64,000 nt of DNA from Candidatus Spongiisociaceae bacterium (lineage in GTDB: Bacteria; Actinomycetota; Acidimicrobiia; Spongiisociales; Spongiisociaceae): the NCBI GenBank assembly GCA_965219685.1, contig CBDCOH010000002.1, forward strand, positions 3,776,001 to 3,840,000, given 5' to 3'. The notes beneath the pieces were generated by a model, which was not told the origin of the DNA, made no database searches, and saw only the letters and a list, made by a program, of their open reading frames with translations. Shown one piece after another: positions 29,432-38,686 of this stretch (its first letter is position 1; each line of letters opens with the position of its first letter). A program made the position numbers and the translations under genes.

Positions 29432-30793
29432 GTGGCCCAGATGTGGGGAGGCCGGTTTGCGGAGGGCCCCGACGAGCTGCTGTGGCGCTTCACGGTGGAC
29501 CACTCGGACCGACGCCTGCTGCTCGACGATGTCACCGGTTCGCTCGCACACGTAGCGATGCTCGGGTCCGCCGGGCTCCTGGATCCAGGAGAAGTCGAGG
29601 CTCTCACGCAGGGCCTGAAGACCATCGAGTCCGAGGCCGGAGCGGGTAGCTTCTCGTTCTACGACGTCGACGAGGATGTCCACTCCGCGGTGGAGCGGAG
29701 GCTGGGCGCACTGGTGGGAGAGGTGGCCGGCAAGCTCCACACCGGCCGCTCCCGCAACGATCAGGTGGCGCTGGATCTTCGCCTCTACCTGCGGCGCTCG
29801 GCGGAGGAGCGGGTGGCACAACTCCGGGACTTCGCGCTGACGATGGCGTCGGCTGCCGAATCCGTCGGGGAGACCGTGGTCGCCGGCTATACCCACCTCC
29901 AGCAGGCGCAGGCGGTGCCCCTGGCCCATCACCTGCTCGCCTACGCGTCGGCCGCGTTGAGGGACATCGAGAGATTCGAGGATCTGGGCGGGCGCCTCGA
30001 CGTCTCCCCGCTGGGCGCCGGGGCCTTGGGTGGCAGCAGCCTTCCCCTCGACCCGGACCGCTCCGCCGGGCTGCTGGGAATGGCGGGCAGGTTCGTCAAC
30101 TCGATGGACGCGGTGGCTGCCCGGGATCACGTATCCGAGTACGCCTTCGCCTGCTCCCAAGCGCTGCTTCACCTGTCCCGGTTGGCCGAGGAGTGCGTGC
30201 TGTGGACCACCACGGAGTTCGGATGGATCACCTTCAGCGACGCGCTCACCACCGGGTCGTCGGCCATGCCACACAAGAAGAACCCCGACATCGCCGAGCT
30301 CACCCGCGGCCGGGCGGCCATCGCCCTTGGGCACCTGGCAGGACTGATGGCCTTGCAGAAGGGCCTGCCCATGACCTACAACCGGGATCTGCAGGAGGAC
30401 AAGGCGGCGCTGTTCGCCATCGACGACGCCCTGGCGGGGGCGCTGGAGGCGATGGCCGCCCTGATCCGGAGCGCCGAGTTCCACCCGCCCCTTCCGGACT
30501 CGTCCGTAACCGCTCTCGACCTGGCCGAGGCTCTGGTCGAGAGGGGCGTTCCGTTCCGGGAAGCGCACGAGGCGGTCGGCGCGTTGCTGGCATCCCTCAT
30601 TGCGGACGGGAGGACGCTGTCGGCGGCCACCACGGAGGATCTGGACGCGATGGATGTCAGGTTCGAGCCGGCCGATCTGGCCCTGACCGAACCGGTCGAG
30701 TCGGTCCGCCGCCGGCGGTCGACAGGGGGGGCGAGCTTCGCCTCGGTGCGGGAGCAACTGCGGATGCTGAGGGATCGGCTGGGTAGTTGTTAG
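29432..30793 (+). CDS. argH: Argininosuccinate lyase
   Basis: WGGRF, LHTGRSRNDQV, GYTHLQ, GSSAMPHKKNPD, YNRDLQEDK. Confidence 0.97.
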   Translation: MAQMWGGRFAEGPDELLWRFTVDHSDRRLLLDDVTGSLAHVAMLGSAGLLDPGEVEALTQGLKTIESEAGAGSFSFYDVDEDVHSAVERRLGALVGEVAGKLHTGRSRNDQVALDLRLYLRRSAEERVAQLRDFALTMASAAESVGETVVAGYTHLQQAQAVPLAHHLLAYASAALRDIERFEDLGGRLDVSPLGAGALGGSSLPLDPDRSAGLLGMAGRFVNSMDAVAARDHVSEYAFACSQALLHLSRLAEECVLWTTTEFGWITFSDALTTGSSAMPHKKNPDIAELTRGRAAIALGHLAGLMALQKGLPMTYNRDLQEDKAALFAIDDALAGALEAMAALIRSAEFHPPLPDSSVTALDLAEALVERGVPFREAHEAVGALLASLIADGRTLSAATTEDLDAMDVRFEPADLALTEPVESVRRRRSTGGASFASVREQLRMLRDRLGSC

Positions 30794-30811
30794 TTGCTAG
30801 TTGCTAGTTAC
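30784..30811 (+). repeat. Heptamer array (TAGTTGC-like x4) supplying the argH stop
   Basis: TAGTTGT TAGTTGC TAGTTGC TAGTTAC; stop 30791-30793 lies in unit 2. Confidence 0.85.
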
Positions 30812-31027
30812 AATGGTGAGCGATGGATTGAGTCATTTGCCATCCTTATTAGTGGTGCTTGGGCCTCACAGGTAGGCCTTCGTCGACGGGTCTTGCAAGG
30901 GGCGCCGCTGCCGGCGGATGTCACACCGTTGCTTCACGGGCGGACTTGGGCCCTCTCCATAGCGGTCGCTGGAAGATGTGATCGGGTCCTGTAGTCTCAC
31001 TGGACCAACTCACCCCCGGAGGTTCCA

Positions 31028-31690
31028 GTGGCCGAGCAATCTGTGACCGTCAGCGTTCGGCCCGACGGTCCGTACATAGTCTCGGGATCCATACCTCTGA
31101 GGGTCAGGCGCCCGGTTACATCCGAGCACGGGGAACCGCTCACGTGGCAGGGCGACGAGCCGAGCGAACAAGGCCGGATCTACGCGCTGTGCAGGTGCGG
31201 CGAGTCCTCCAGCAAGCCGTATTGTGACGGTACCCACGCCAAGACGGGCTTCGACGGTACGGAAACGGCGGCGACCGACTCCTTCCGGGAGCGGTGTGCC
31301 GACCTCGGCGGGATCGGCATGCAGGTGTCGGACGACCGCAGCATCTGTGTCCATGCCGGGTTCTGCGGTAACCGGGTGTCCAACGTGTGGAAGATGACCG
31401 GCGAGACCGATGACAGCGTGGTCCGAGCCCAGGTGATGGCCATGGTCGAACGCTGCCCCTCAGGAGCCCTCACCTTCTCCGTGGACGGTGCCGAGATCGA
31501 GCCGGCGTTACCGGTCGAGATATCGGTGATCGCCGATGGACCGCTCTGGCTGACCGGCGGAATTGCGGTCGAACGAGCGGACGGGGAGCCGTTCGAGACC
31601 CGTAATCGGGTGACCCTGTGCCGCTGCGGTCAATCATCCAACAAGCCGCTCTGCGACGGATCGCACAAGAAAGTGGGGTTTGAGGGCTGA
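31028..31690 (+). CDS. CDGSH iron-sulfur protein (CDGSH - ferredoxin-like - CDGSH)
   Basis: LCRCGESSSKPYCDGTH, ICVHAGFC..RCPSGAL, LCRCGQSSNKPLCDGSH. Confidence 0.92.
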   Translation: MAEQSVTVSVRPDGPYIVSGSIPLRVRRPVTSEHGEPLTWQGDEPSEQGRIYALCRCGESSSKPYCDGTHAKTGFDGTETAATDSFRERCADLGGIGMQVSDDRSICVHAGFCGNRVSNVWKMTGETDDSVVRAQVMAMVERCPSGALTFSVDGAEIEPALPVEISVIADGPLWLTGGIAVERADGEPFETRNRVTLCRCGQSSNKPLCDGSHKKVGFEG

Positions 31691-31784
31691 CCGACCGGTC
31701 GCGTCCTTCCGTCCGGTGTAGGCGACGTAATGAGTTTCCGGTAGCGCTCGAGTTGACCGGATGTGAGCGGAGACAAGGAGGATC

Positions 31785-32648
31785 ATGAATCGCGAAAAGC
31801 GAATCCGCCGGGTGTTCGATCTCGATATGGCATACGTGGAGATCGGATCGGGCGACCCGATCGTGTTCCTGCACGGCAACCCGACATCCTCCTACCTCTG
31901 GCGCGGGGTCATACCCCACGTCGCCGGCCTGGGCCGCTGCATCGCCCCCGACCTGATCGGGATGGGCGATTCGGGCAAGCTGGCCGACTCCGGGCCGGAT
32001 GCCTACCGGTACGTCCAGCACCGCGAGTATCTCGACGAACTGCTCCGGTTGCTGGAGGTGGGAGACAGGGTCACGCTGGTGGGACACGACTGGGGATCGG
32101 TCCTGGCCTTCGACTGGGCTGTCCGGCATCCCGGCTCGGTCAGGGGCATCGCCTACATGGAGGCGATCGTCACCCCTGTGACCTGGGAGGACTGGCCGGA
32201 GGCCGCCCGCCCGATCTTCCGGGCCATGCGCTCGGAAGCGGGTGAGCAGATCGTCCTCGAGAAGAACGTGTTCGTGGAGCGGATCCTCCCCGCCTCGATG
32301 CTAAGCGACCTCACCCCCGCGGAGATGGACGAGTACCGCCGTCCCTTCCTGGAGCCCGGAGAGGATCGCCGGCCCATGCTCACCTGGCCGCGGCAGATCC
32401 CTCTCGGAGGTCACCCGGCTGAGGTCCATGCGCTGGTCGCGGACTACTCGGCGAGGCTCGCCGGATGGGACGTGCCGAAGCTGTTCATCAACGCCGACCC
32501 TGGTTCGATCCTGGTAGGCCGAGCTCGCGACGTATGTCGTGCCTGGCCCAACCAGACCGAGGTCACCGTCCCGGGAGTCCACTTCATCCAGGAGGATTCC
32601 CCGGACCTCATCGGAACCGCGATCGCCGGTTGGTATAGCGCCTGCTAG
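31785..32648 (+). CDS. Haloalkane dehalogenase (LinB/DhaA type)
   Basis: [13 protein letters not shown], nucleophile [16 protein letters not shown]. Confidence 0.92.
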   Translation: MNREKRIRRVFDLDMAYVEIGSGDPIVFLHGNPTSSYLWRGVIPHVAGLGRCIAPDLIGMGDSGKLADSGPDAYRYVQHREYLDELLRLLEVGDRVTLVGHDWGSVLAFDWAVRHPGSVRGIAYMEAIVTPVTWEDWPEAARPIFRAMRSEAGEQIVLEKNVFVERILPASMLSDLTPAEMDEYRRPFLEPGEDRRPMLTWPRQIPLGGHPAEVHALVADYSARLAGWDVPKLFINADPGSILVGRARDVCRAWPNQTEVTVPGVHFIQEDSPDLIGTAIAGWYSAC

Positions 32649-32739
32649 CAGTCGTTGACGCCCCCCGAAGTGCCGTCCCCCCGGTTCCCGGATGAACGGA
32701 AAATGAGGGATCGGGCAGCCCCGGTTAGCCTTCGCCACG

Positions 32740-34230
32740 ATGACTGAGAGCCGGCCCGGCCAGGCCCGTTTCGATCAAGCGCTGCACGCCGAGCGCCGGG
32801 CTAGATTCGCCGGACTGATGGACGACGGCATAGCCCTGGTGCCGGCCGCCGCCGAGACGATCCGGAACAATGATGTGGAGCATCCGTTCCGCCAGGACTC
32901 GGCCTTCCACTACCTGACCGGGTTCGACGAGCCGGACGCCGTGATGCTGCTCGACCCCTCCGCCGGTGACGAGCAGTACGTGCTGTTCGTCCGGCCAAGA
33001 GATCGGGAGCGGGAGATCTGGGATGGCCGCCGGGCCGGCGTGGACGGCGCCAGGGAGCATTTCGACGCCGACGCCTCCTACCCGGTGTCGGAACTCGAAG
33101 GGATCCTGCGCAAGAGGCTGCTGGGACGCCGGGTCGTCTACCTGCCGTACGGCCATGCCGAATTCCACAGGAGGGTCGTGACGATGGTTCGCTCGCTGGG
33201 AGGGCTGGCAAACCGGTACGGCAGGGTGGTACCCACCGAGGTCCGCGACGCCTCGCCTCTGCTGGGCGATCTCCGCCTGCACAAGACCGCGGAGGAGGTC
33301 GAGCGGCTGAGGCTCGCGTGCAAGATCACGGCCGAGGGCCACAGGGAGGCGATGCGCTTCACCCGGCCGGGCCGGTACGAGTACCAGGTTCAAGCCGCCC
33401 TGGAGTACGTCTTTCGGGCCAGGGGCGCTCGTCGCGACGGTTACCCGTCCATAGTGGCGTCGGGCGCCAACGCGTGCATCCTGCACTACACGGAGAACGA
33501 CCGCAGGATCGAGAAGGGGGATCTCGTACTGATCGACGCAGGGGCCGAGTACGGGTACTTCTCCTCGGACATCACCCGCTCCTTCCCGGCATCCGGGGTG
33601 TTCAGCGGTCCCCAGCGAGAGATCTACGAGGTTGTGTTGAGGGCTCAGCATGCCGCATTGGCGCTGGCGAGGCCGGGTTCCACCATGAAGCAGCTGCACG
33701 AGCAGGCGGTGGCGACCATCGCCGAGGGGTTGGTCGATCTCGGCCTGCTGCCCGGGACGGTCGAGGATGCGGTCCGGATGCACCACTACCGCGAGTACTT
33801 CATGCATGGGACCGGACACTGGTTGGGCATGGACGTACACGACGCCGGCGCCTACGGAGTCGATGGCGACCCCCGACCCCTCGTCCCGGGCATGGCGTTC
33901 ACGGTGGAGCCGGGAGTCTATGTGGACCCGGATAGGGCCGAGATCGAGTTGCCGATGCTCGAGTACGACCTCGACGAGTGGACCGAGCGGCGGATGCTGC
34001 TCGGCGCCGCGAAGGCCAAGGAGGTCGAGAAGCGGGAGCGGGAGGCTGCACCGACCGTGAAGCATCGCGTACCGGATGCCCTGCGCGGAATCGGCATCCG
34101 GATCGAGGACGACGTGGTGATCACCGAAGCCGGCCACGACAATCTGACCGCCGGCGTCCCGACCGATCCCGAGCAGGTCGAGGCTCTGTGCGCCGACGCG
34201 CCACGGGTGCCCTTCCTTGCAGCGCGGTAG
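32740..34230 (+). CDS. pepP: Xaa-Pro aminopeptidase
   Basis: FRQDSAFHYLTGF, LHY, IDAG, SDITR, HGTGHWLGMDVHD, TVEPG, RIEDD. Confidence 0.94.
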   Translation: MTESRPGQARFDQALHAERRARFAGLMDDGIALVPAAAETIRNNDVEHPFRQDSAFHYLTGFDEPDAVMLLDPSAGDEQYVLFVRPRDREREIWDGRRAGVDGAREHFDADASYPVSELEGILRKRLLGRRVVYLPYGHAEFHRRVVTMVRSLGGLANRYGRVVPTEVRDASPLLGDLRLHKTAEEVERLRLACKITAEGHREAMRFTRPGRYEYQVQAALEYVFRARGARRDGYPSIVASGANACILHYTENDRRIEKGDLVLIDAGAEYGYFSSDITRSFPASGVFSGPQREIYEVVLRAQHAALALARPGSTMKQLHEQAVATIAEGLVDLGLLPGTVEDAVRMHHYREYFMHGTGHWLGMDVHDAGAYGVDGDPRPLVPGMAFTVEPGVYVDPDRAEIELPMLEYDLDEWTERRMLLGAAKAKEVEKREREAAPTVKHRVPDALRGIGIRIEDDVVITEAGHDNLTAGVPTDPEQVEALCADAPRVPFLAAR

Positions 34231-34263
34231 CGCTGGGGCCGTTTCCGGGCCGTGGCTCCGCCC

Positions 34264-34473
34264 AAGGGGGGTTGACAGTGTCACACCCGCGTCGCACACT
34301 GGAGGCAACCGCAAGCACCATCGGTCCCTTCCGGCGTCGATCGGACCGTGGCGGGATCACATCGTCGAATCCGACCCCGCGAGGGCACAGGGTGTCGCGT
34401 TTCGAGCCTCGGAGGTGGCGGTTGGGGGAGGGCCCACAGGGGATTCTCTCTGGGGCGTTTTTCGCGTTCTCGG
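34264..34473 (+). ncRNA. Candidate structured small RNA gene, copy A (promoter + ~117-nt core + terminator)
   Basis: TTGACA(34272)-17-CACACT(34295). AACCGC-AAG-CACC pairs with GGTG-GCGGTT (34414-34423). Hairpin + TTTTT at 34431-34462. Homologous copy at 44737-44947 (-). Confidence 0.6.
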
Positions 34474-34572
34474 ACAGCAGGCCCCGGAGGGCCGGGTCGG
34501 CCGACACCGGAGTATCCGGACCGCGCTACCGAGACCGGAAACTGCCTTGATCCAGCGTAAGCCACCGGTGAC

Positions 34573-34607
34573 CAACTATCAACTACCAACTATCAACTAG
34601 GAACTAA
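34573..34607. repeat. Heptamer array (CAACTAN x5) abutting the amidase-remnant stop
   Basis: CAACTAT CAACTAC CAACTAT CAACTAG GAACTAA, then stop 34608-34610 (-). Confidence 0.85.
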
Positions 34608-35081
34608 TCAGATCGGAGGGAGCCGATCGATCCACGGGCGGGCCCGCTCGAGTTGAGCAGCCAGCCGGAACAGGAGGGCTTCGTCGGCATAGCGGGTGGT
34701 GAACTGCACACCGATAGGCAGCCCGCCGTCCCAGTGGAGTGGTAGGGACATGGACGGCTGGCCGGTGACGTTCCACAGGGCGGTGTTGGGTACCGCCCGG
34801 AAAGCCGGCTCACCCTGTCTGGCGATGGCACCCAGAGCCTTGTGGCGTCCCCCGAGCCGGATGAGCGCCTTGGCCAACCGCTTGTTGATAGGGGGGTAGA
34901 GGGTGCCGGTCTTCCAGCGCCGGCGGGCGATCGTGGGCTCCACGAACACGTCGTAGGTGTCGAAGAATGGAGCGGTGGACCGCCCTACGTTGCGGATGTA
35001 CTCGAGGGCGGTGATGAAGTCGCCGGCGGTCAGGCGCCGGCCGACCAGGCCGATCAGCCACGACGCAGCCTGCGGGCAGAT
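34608..35081 (-). pseudogene. 5'-truncated amidase (C-terminal ~158 codons only)
   Basis: FFDTYDVFVEPT, NTALWNVTGQPSMSLPLHW.GGLPIGVQF, DEALLFRLAAQLERARPW. In-frame stop at 35082-35084 upstream; catalytic N-terminal region absent. Confidence 0.8.
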
Positions 35082-35226
35082 TCATGGTGGGTGCCGATGG
35101 GGGAAGGAGGGTCAGCAGTTGGGCGCAACGCTAGGCGGATGACCGCCCGATCCGATCCCGGGCGAAGGCTAACATTCGACTCGGCATCCGACTACCTGTG
35201 GATCCACGGTCGCTCTGAGGGAGATT

Positions 35227-36018
35227 ATGGAGCAAGCGGCGCGCAAACCGAGACTGACCGTACCGCTGTACCGCATCTACGAACGTCGCCTCCTTCGCCG
35301 CCTGGATCTTCAACGCCTCCCCCGGCACATAGGCATCATCCTCGACGGCCACCGTCGCTATGCTCGCGCCGAGGGTCTCGACACCTACACCGACAGCTAC
35401 CGGAGCGGGATGCGGAGGCTCGAGGAGTTCCTCGGGTGGGCAGCCGAGTTGCCCATTCCGCTGATCACCGCATGGGTGCTGTCGACCGAGAACCTGGATC
35501 GACCGGCGGAGCAGATCGATCCCTACTTCGACACCCTACGCGAGATGTTCGAACGGGTTCCCGCCCACGCCGGTCGCCTCGGCTACCAACTCAACGTCAT
35601 CGGGAGCCACGATCTCCTTCCGGCTCGTCTGGTCAGCAGCGCCAAGCAGGCGATCGAGGCGACGAAGTCCGGCTCGCGGCAGTTGACCATCGCCATGGGT
35701 TACGGAGGCCGCCAGGAGATAGTCGACGCATGCCGCGATCTCGTTGAGGGTATGGCGGCGCGCGGGGTCTCCGCCGACGACATGGCGGAGCACGTCGATG
35801 CGCAGGCCATCGCCGCCCATCTTTACGAACCCGACCAGCCGGACGCCGATCTCGTTATCCGGACGTCGGGCGAGTCACGGCTCTCAGGGTTCCTCCTGTG
35901 GCAGGCGGCCTATGCCGAGTACGCATTCGTGGATGTCTACTGGCCTGCCTTCCGGCGGGTGGACTTCATCCGGGCTTTGAGAGACTACGCAGCCGCCGAC
36001 CGCCGTTTCGGGAGGTAG
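35227..36018 (+). CDS. cis-prenyltransferase (UppS / Z-isoprenyl diphosphate synthase family)
   Basis: PRHIGIILDGHRR, LSTEN, YGGRQEI, DLVIRTSGESRLSGFLLWQ. Confidence 0.93.
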   Translation: MEQAARKPRLTVPLYRIYERRLLRRLDLQRLPRHIGIILDGHRRYARAEGLDTYTDSYRSGMRRLEEFLGWAAELPIPLITAWVLSTENLDRPAEQIDPYFDTLREMFERVPAHAGRLGYQLNVIGSHDLLPARLVSSAKQAIEATKSGSRQLTIAMGYGGRQEIVDACRDLVEGMAARGVSADDMAEHVDAQAIAAHLYEPDQPDADLVIRTSGESRLSGFLLWQAAYAEYAFVDVYWPAFRRVDFIRALRDYAAADRRFGR

Positions 36019-36178
36019 GTCGGATTCTTCATAGGTCCCGACAGCAGACCTAGCAGGACTGCGTTTGTCCTTGATGACTGTAGACTGGGGGTTTGGGGAA
36101 GGAGGGTTTCCGTACGGGAGGGCTTTGCCCGTCGGACCACATACGTCCGCGCATGGTGTCCGGAAGAGGGAATGTCCT

Positions 36179-36241
36179 CACCATTCACCATTCACCATTC
36201 ACCATTCACCACCCACCACTCACCACCCACCACTCACTACC
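36179..36241. repeat. Heptamer array, 9 units (CACCATT x4 then CACCACY) upstream of pyrE
   Basis: Direct reading of 36179-36241. Confidence 0.9.
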
Positions 36242-36257
36242 TTGGTAATCTGGCGGT

Positions 36258-36833
36258 GTGACCCTTTCCGCCGTTCAGGCAGCCGTCGCCCATCACCTCC
36301 GATCCAACGCCGTCAGGACGGATGGCCCGTTCGTGCTGCGGTCGGGAAAGGTGAGCGACTGGTACCTCGATGCTCGCCAGACCACCTTCAGCGGCGAAGG
36401 CGCCCTCCTGGTCGGCGCCGCGATATGGGAGCAGCTGATAGAAGCGGACGCAGTGGGAGGGATGACCATGGGAGCGGATCCCATTGCGGTCGCCACCGCG
36501 ATGCACGCCACGGGCCAGGGGAGACAACTCAAGGCTTTCTCCATCCGCAAAGCCGCCAAGGGGCACGGGACCGGAGGCCGTCTCGTGGGGCCGGTACGGG
36601 CAGGTGACCGGATCGTGATGCTGGAGGACACCGTGACGACGGGAGGAACCCTCCTGGAGGCCATCGAGGTCGCGGCAGGCGAGAGCCTCCACGTCGTGCA
36701 GGCGGTGGTCCTGGTGGACCGGTCGCGCGGGGAGGCCGGCCGGCTGATCTCGGCACGGGGGATCCCGTACACGGCAGTTCTGAGTCCGGAGGATCTGGGC
36801 CTCAGCGAGGATCGACCGGGGAGCCCCGCTTGA
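36258..36833 (+). CDS. pyrE: Orotate phosphoribosyltransferase
   Basis: FVLRSGKVSDWYLDAR, RKAAKGHG, PRPP motif LEDTVTTGGT. Confidence 0.93.
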   Translation: MTLSAVQAAVAHHLRSNAVRTDGPFVLRSGKVSDWYLDARQTTFSGEGALLVGAAIWEQLIEADAVGGMTMGADPIAVATAMHATGQGRQLKAFSIRKAAKGHGTGGRLVGPVRAGDRIVMLEDTVTTGGTLLEAIEVAAGESLHVVQAVVLVDRSRGEAGRLISARGIPYTAVLSPEDLGLSEDRPGSPA

Positions 36834-37510
36834 GCGAGTACGAGATAGCGACGCGGCCCCGACTCCCGGCCCGCTGGTATCTGTTCCTGATGGGGCTGAT
36901 CATGGTTCTCCAGGGTGGAGGCGTCCTGTTCGGATGGGCCCCCGTTCCCCGCATCCTGGAACTGCTGTACCCGAACAAGGAGCCGCCGGCATTCGAGAGC
37001 CGCGACCTCACCTGGGCCTGGGTCTTCCTGATCGTCGGTGGGGCGCTGCTGGCCTGGATGATCGTCCGCCTCGCCGGGCGCCGGCAGGTCATCCGCGCGG
37101 ACGCGGAAGGTGTTCACCTTCCACTAGGTCCCCTGGGACGGCTGACCCTGATTCCGTGGGGTCAGGTGGGAGAGGTGGAGACCCGGGAGGGTTCGGACGA
37201 TTTCGGAGCGTTTCCCGTCCTGCTGGTCGGGGTGGAGGACGCGAGACTGTTTCCCCGGCGGCCGTGGGGAGCGCGATGGTCAGACGGGGGAGTGCTCTCA
37301 ATCTCGGCGGAGGGGTGGGCCGTCGACCCGGCCGGGGTGGTCGAGCACCTGCAGGAGGTGCGGATGGCGCATGCAGGATTGTCCGAAGACGAGGCCGAGC
37401 TCCAGGATGGAGCCGATAGGGTCCGCACGGACCGGGACCCGGCGACCGAGGCGGAGGAAGGGGAAGCAGTCCCTGCCGGGGCGGAGCACACGGAAGGCCA
37501 CCCGGCGTGA
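36830..37510 (+). CDS. Hypothetical membrane protein (2 TM + PH-like region, acidic tail)
   Basis: Coupled by 4-bp overlaps to pyrE and nfo; two hydrophobic helices. Confidence 0.7.
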   Translation: MSEYEIATRPRLPARWYLFLMGLIMVLQGGGVLFGWAPVPRILELLYPNKEPPAFESRDLTWAWVFLIVGGALLAWMIVRLAGRRQVIRADAEGVHLPLGPLGRLTLIPWGQVGEVETREGSDDFGAFPVLLVGVEDARLFPRRPWGARWSDGGVLSISAEGWAVDPAGVVEHLQEVRMAHAGLSEDEAELQDGADRVRTDRDPATEAEEGEAVPAGAEHTEGHPA

Positions 37511-38268
37511 TCACCCTGGGCGCCCATGTTCCCTCCGCCGATCCCTTGGCCGAGGCCGAGGCGCGGGGCGTCGGCGCCGTCCAGTTGTTCCTGGGCAATC
37601 CGCAGTCGTGGAAGAAGCCTCCGCCGAGAACCGATGCCTCCGAGCTCCGTGGCTCCGGCATCGACATCTACGTACACGCGCCGTACCTGGTCAACGTCGT
37701 CAACCGGAACAACCGCGTCCGCATCCCGAGCCGCAAGATCCTCGCCAACACGGTGGAGGGCGCCGAACAGATAGGCGCGGCCGGCGTCATCGTCCATGGG
37801 GGACATGTGACCAAGGACGAACGGGTGGATAACGGTTTCCCGCGCTGGCGCAAGGCCCTGGAGACGCTTGAGACCGACATTCCTATCCTGATCGAGAATA
37901 CGGCCTCGGGTGACAACGCGCAGGCCCGGCGGCTGGATCACCTGGCGCGGTTGTGGGATGTGATCGGGGATCTCGGCCCGGGCTTCTGCCTCGACACGTG
38001 CCACGCTTGGGCGGGTGGTGAGCCGCTGGAAGGCCTGGTGGAACGGGTCCTCGAGGCAACCGGCCGGATCGACCTCGTACACCTCAACGATTCTCGCGAC
38101 CGCTTCGACGCTCGCCGGGATCGCCACGCCAACCTGGGCCGGGGCCACATCCCCGGCCAACTCCTGGTGGAGGTGGTGAAGGAAGCCGGCGCACCGCTGA
38201 TCATCGAGACTCCAGGCGACGCGGAGCAACACCGAGCGGATCTCGCCTGGTTACAGGATCGGCTCTAG
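37507..38268 (+). CDS. nfo: Endonuclease IV (AP endonuclease)
   Basis: [44 protein letters not shown]. Confidence 0.93.
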   Translation: MITLGAHVPSADPLAEAEARGVGAVQLFLGNPQSWKKPPPRTDASELRGSGIDIYVHAPYLVNVVNRNNRVRIPSRKILANTVEGAEQIGAAGVIVHGGHVTKDERVDNGFPRWRKALETLETDIPILIENTASGDNAQARRLDHLARLWDVIGDLGPGFCLDTCHAWAGGEPLEGLVERVLEATGRIDLVHLNDSRDRFDARRDRHANLGRGHIPGQLLVEVVKEAGAPLIIETPGDAEQHRADLAWLQDRL

Positions 38269-38356
38269 CCCCGGGCCGCCGAATTGTCTGTCGCCGGTGT
38301 CGGGCTGCCACGACAGTTCCGCCGCAGATCCACCGAGCGCATGTGCCGGTGGTCCG

Positions 38357-38626
38357 ATGCGCCGGGGTGACGGGCCCAGAGCAGTGAGGGTCCGTCTGTG
38401 CGTGGCGGTCATGGTGATGTCTGCACTTCTCGGTGCCTCCTGCAGGAGTGAGGCGCCCAGGAGCGACCTCGAGTACCTGGTCTGGGAGGTGTGCCGCCAG
38501 GTCAGAGCCGAAGGAGCAACGCCCGATCAGGTAGAGGGCATTCTCCACGACGCCTCGCGGCACGGAGCGGTGATGGCGTTGATCGAGGCCGAGTGCGGCG
38601 AAGAGATCGCGGCCTTCTACGACTGA
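38357..38626 (+). CDS. Small putative lipoprotein
   Basis: Hydrophobic stretch with LGASC lipobox, plus a Cys pair in the mature part; start uncertain. Confidence 0.5.
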   Translation: MRRGDGPRAVRVRLCVAVMVMSALLGASCRSEAPRSDLEYLVWEVCRQVRAEGATPDQVEGILHDASRHGAVMALIEAECGEEIAAFYD

Positions 38627-38630
38627 GATA

Positions 38631-38686
38631 CACCACCCACCATCCACCAATCGACCTACTGGCCACTGGCCACGGGCCACTGGCCG
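38631..38686. repeat. Heptamer arrays at the clpB 3' end (CACCAYN x3; CTGGCCA x4 inside the coding end)
   Basis: CACCACC CACCATC CACCAAT; CTGGCCA CTGGCCA CGGGCCA CTGGCCG encoding the ClpB tail GQWPVASGQ. Confidence 0.75.

Noticed and set aside
34307-34423. 5S rRNA, tRNA or SRP RNA identity for the ~117-nt core
   Set aside because: The size and 5'/3' stem are similar to 5S, but conserved 5S, cloverleaf and SRP motifs are absent and there is no rRNA operon context.
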